This document shows positions 34,545 through 34,660 of a stretch of 34,660 nt of DNA, piece by piece (position 1 is the first letter of the stretch; each line of letters opens with the position of its first letter). The stretch is from the NCBI GenBank assembly GCA_023544495.1, contig JAMJFV010000002.1, positions 1-34,660 on the forward strand. The letters run 5' to 3'. A program made the translations under genes and the position numbers. The notes under the pieces are model-generated. The model saw only the letters and a list, made by a program, of their open reading frames with translations, searched no databases and had not been told where the DNA came from. Source of the DNA: ANME-2 cluster archaeon (GTDB lineage Archaea > Halobacteriota > Methanosarcinia > Methanosarcinales > Methanocomedenaceae).

Positions 34545-34660
34545 ATGGTTAGTGACTCTGAAATAAAGGAAATATTGGAAAACTACAAAAATGTGGCAGT
34601 TGTGGGTCTGTCGCCTGAAAAAACAAAGTACAGCTACATAGTGGCTGAGTACCTGAAGGG
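34545..34660 (+). CDS. CoA-binding protein, YccU-like (runs off the window end)
   Basis: MVSDSEIKEILENYKNVAVVGLSPEKTKYSYIVAEYLK. Confidence 0.8.
   Translation, partial: MVSDSEIKEILENYKNVAVVGLSPEKTKYSYIVAEYLK

Noticed and set aside
16600..34660. Intact mobile element (IS, provirus, integrative element)
   Set aside because: No transposase, integrase, terminal inverted repeats or viral genes were recognised within the window.

Overview
Archaeal DNA, most consistent with a Methanosarcinales (methanogen/ANME-like) genome, based on carS, tgtA, a PGF-CTERM protein, an FrhB-family protein, DUF2769 and MTH865 proteins, and an A1-U72 tRNA-Gln. Bases 1-16.3 kb look like ordinary chromosome: a ccdA-thioredoxin operon, carS-pyrE-tgtA, a GT2 glycosyltransferase, tRNA-Gln(CTG), a surface protein, threonine synthase, a B12-radical SAM operon, a U32/RlhA-type protein carrying a 15-bp coding minisatellite and coupled to a nucleotide N-glycosidase, and a YHS-FrhB fusion. 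From about 16.6 kb to the end is a visibly more AT-rich redox/stress island. Its intact genes include two rubredoxin-fused FMN barrel enzymes, two DUF2769 proteins, SSADH, AcnA, a cytochrome P460-family lipoprotein, an FNR-like reductase, TauE, two Isf-type flavoproteins, two HTH regulators and DsrE. It also encodes several unannotated Cys-rich microproteins and a zinc-motif protein with 19-aa helical repeats. Between these genes lie about ten deletion scars and fused gene halves that the ORF track misses or misreads: hicBA, citrate synthase, clpP, aminotransferase::cupredoxin, DUF1622, SEC-C, flavodoxin, MTH865::AhpD-like and DUF3179. All family calls are from motif recognition by eye; no database searches were run.
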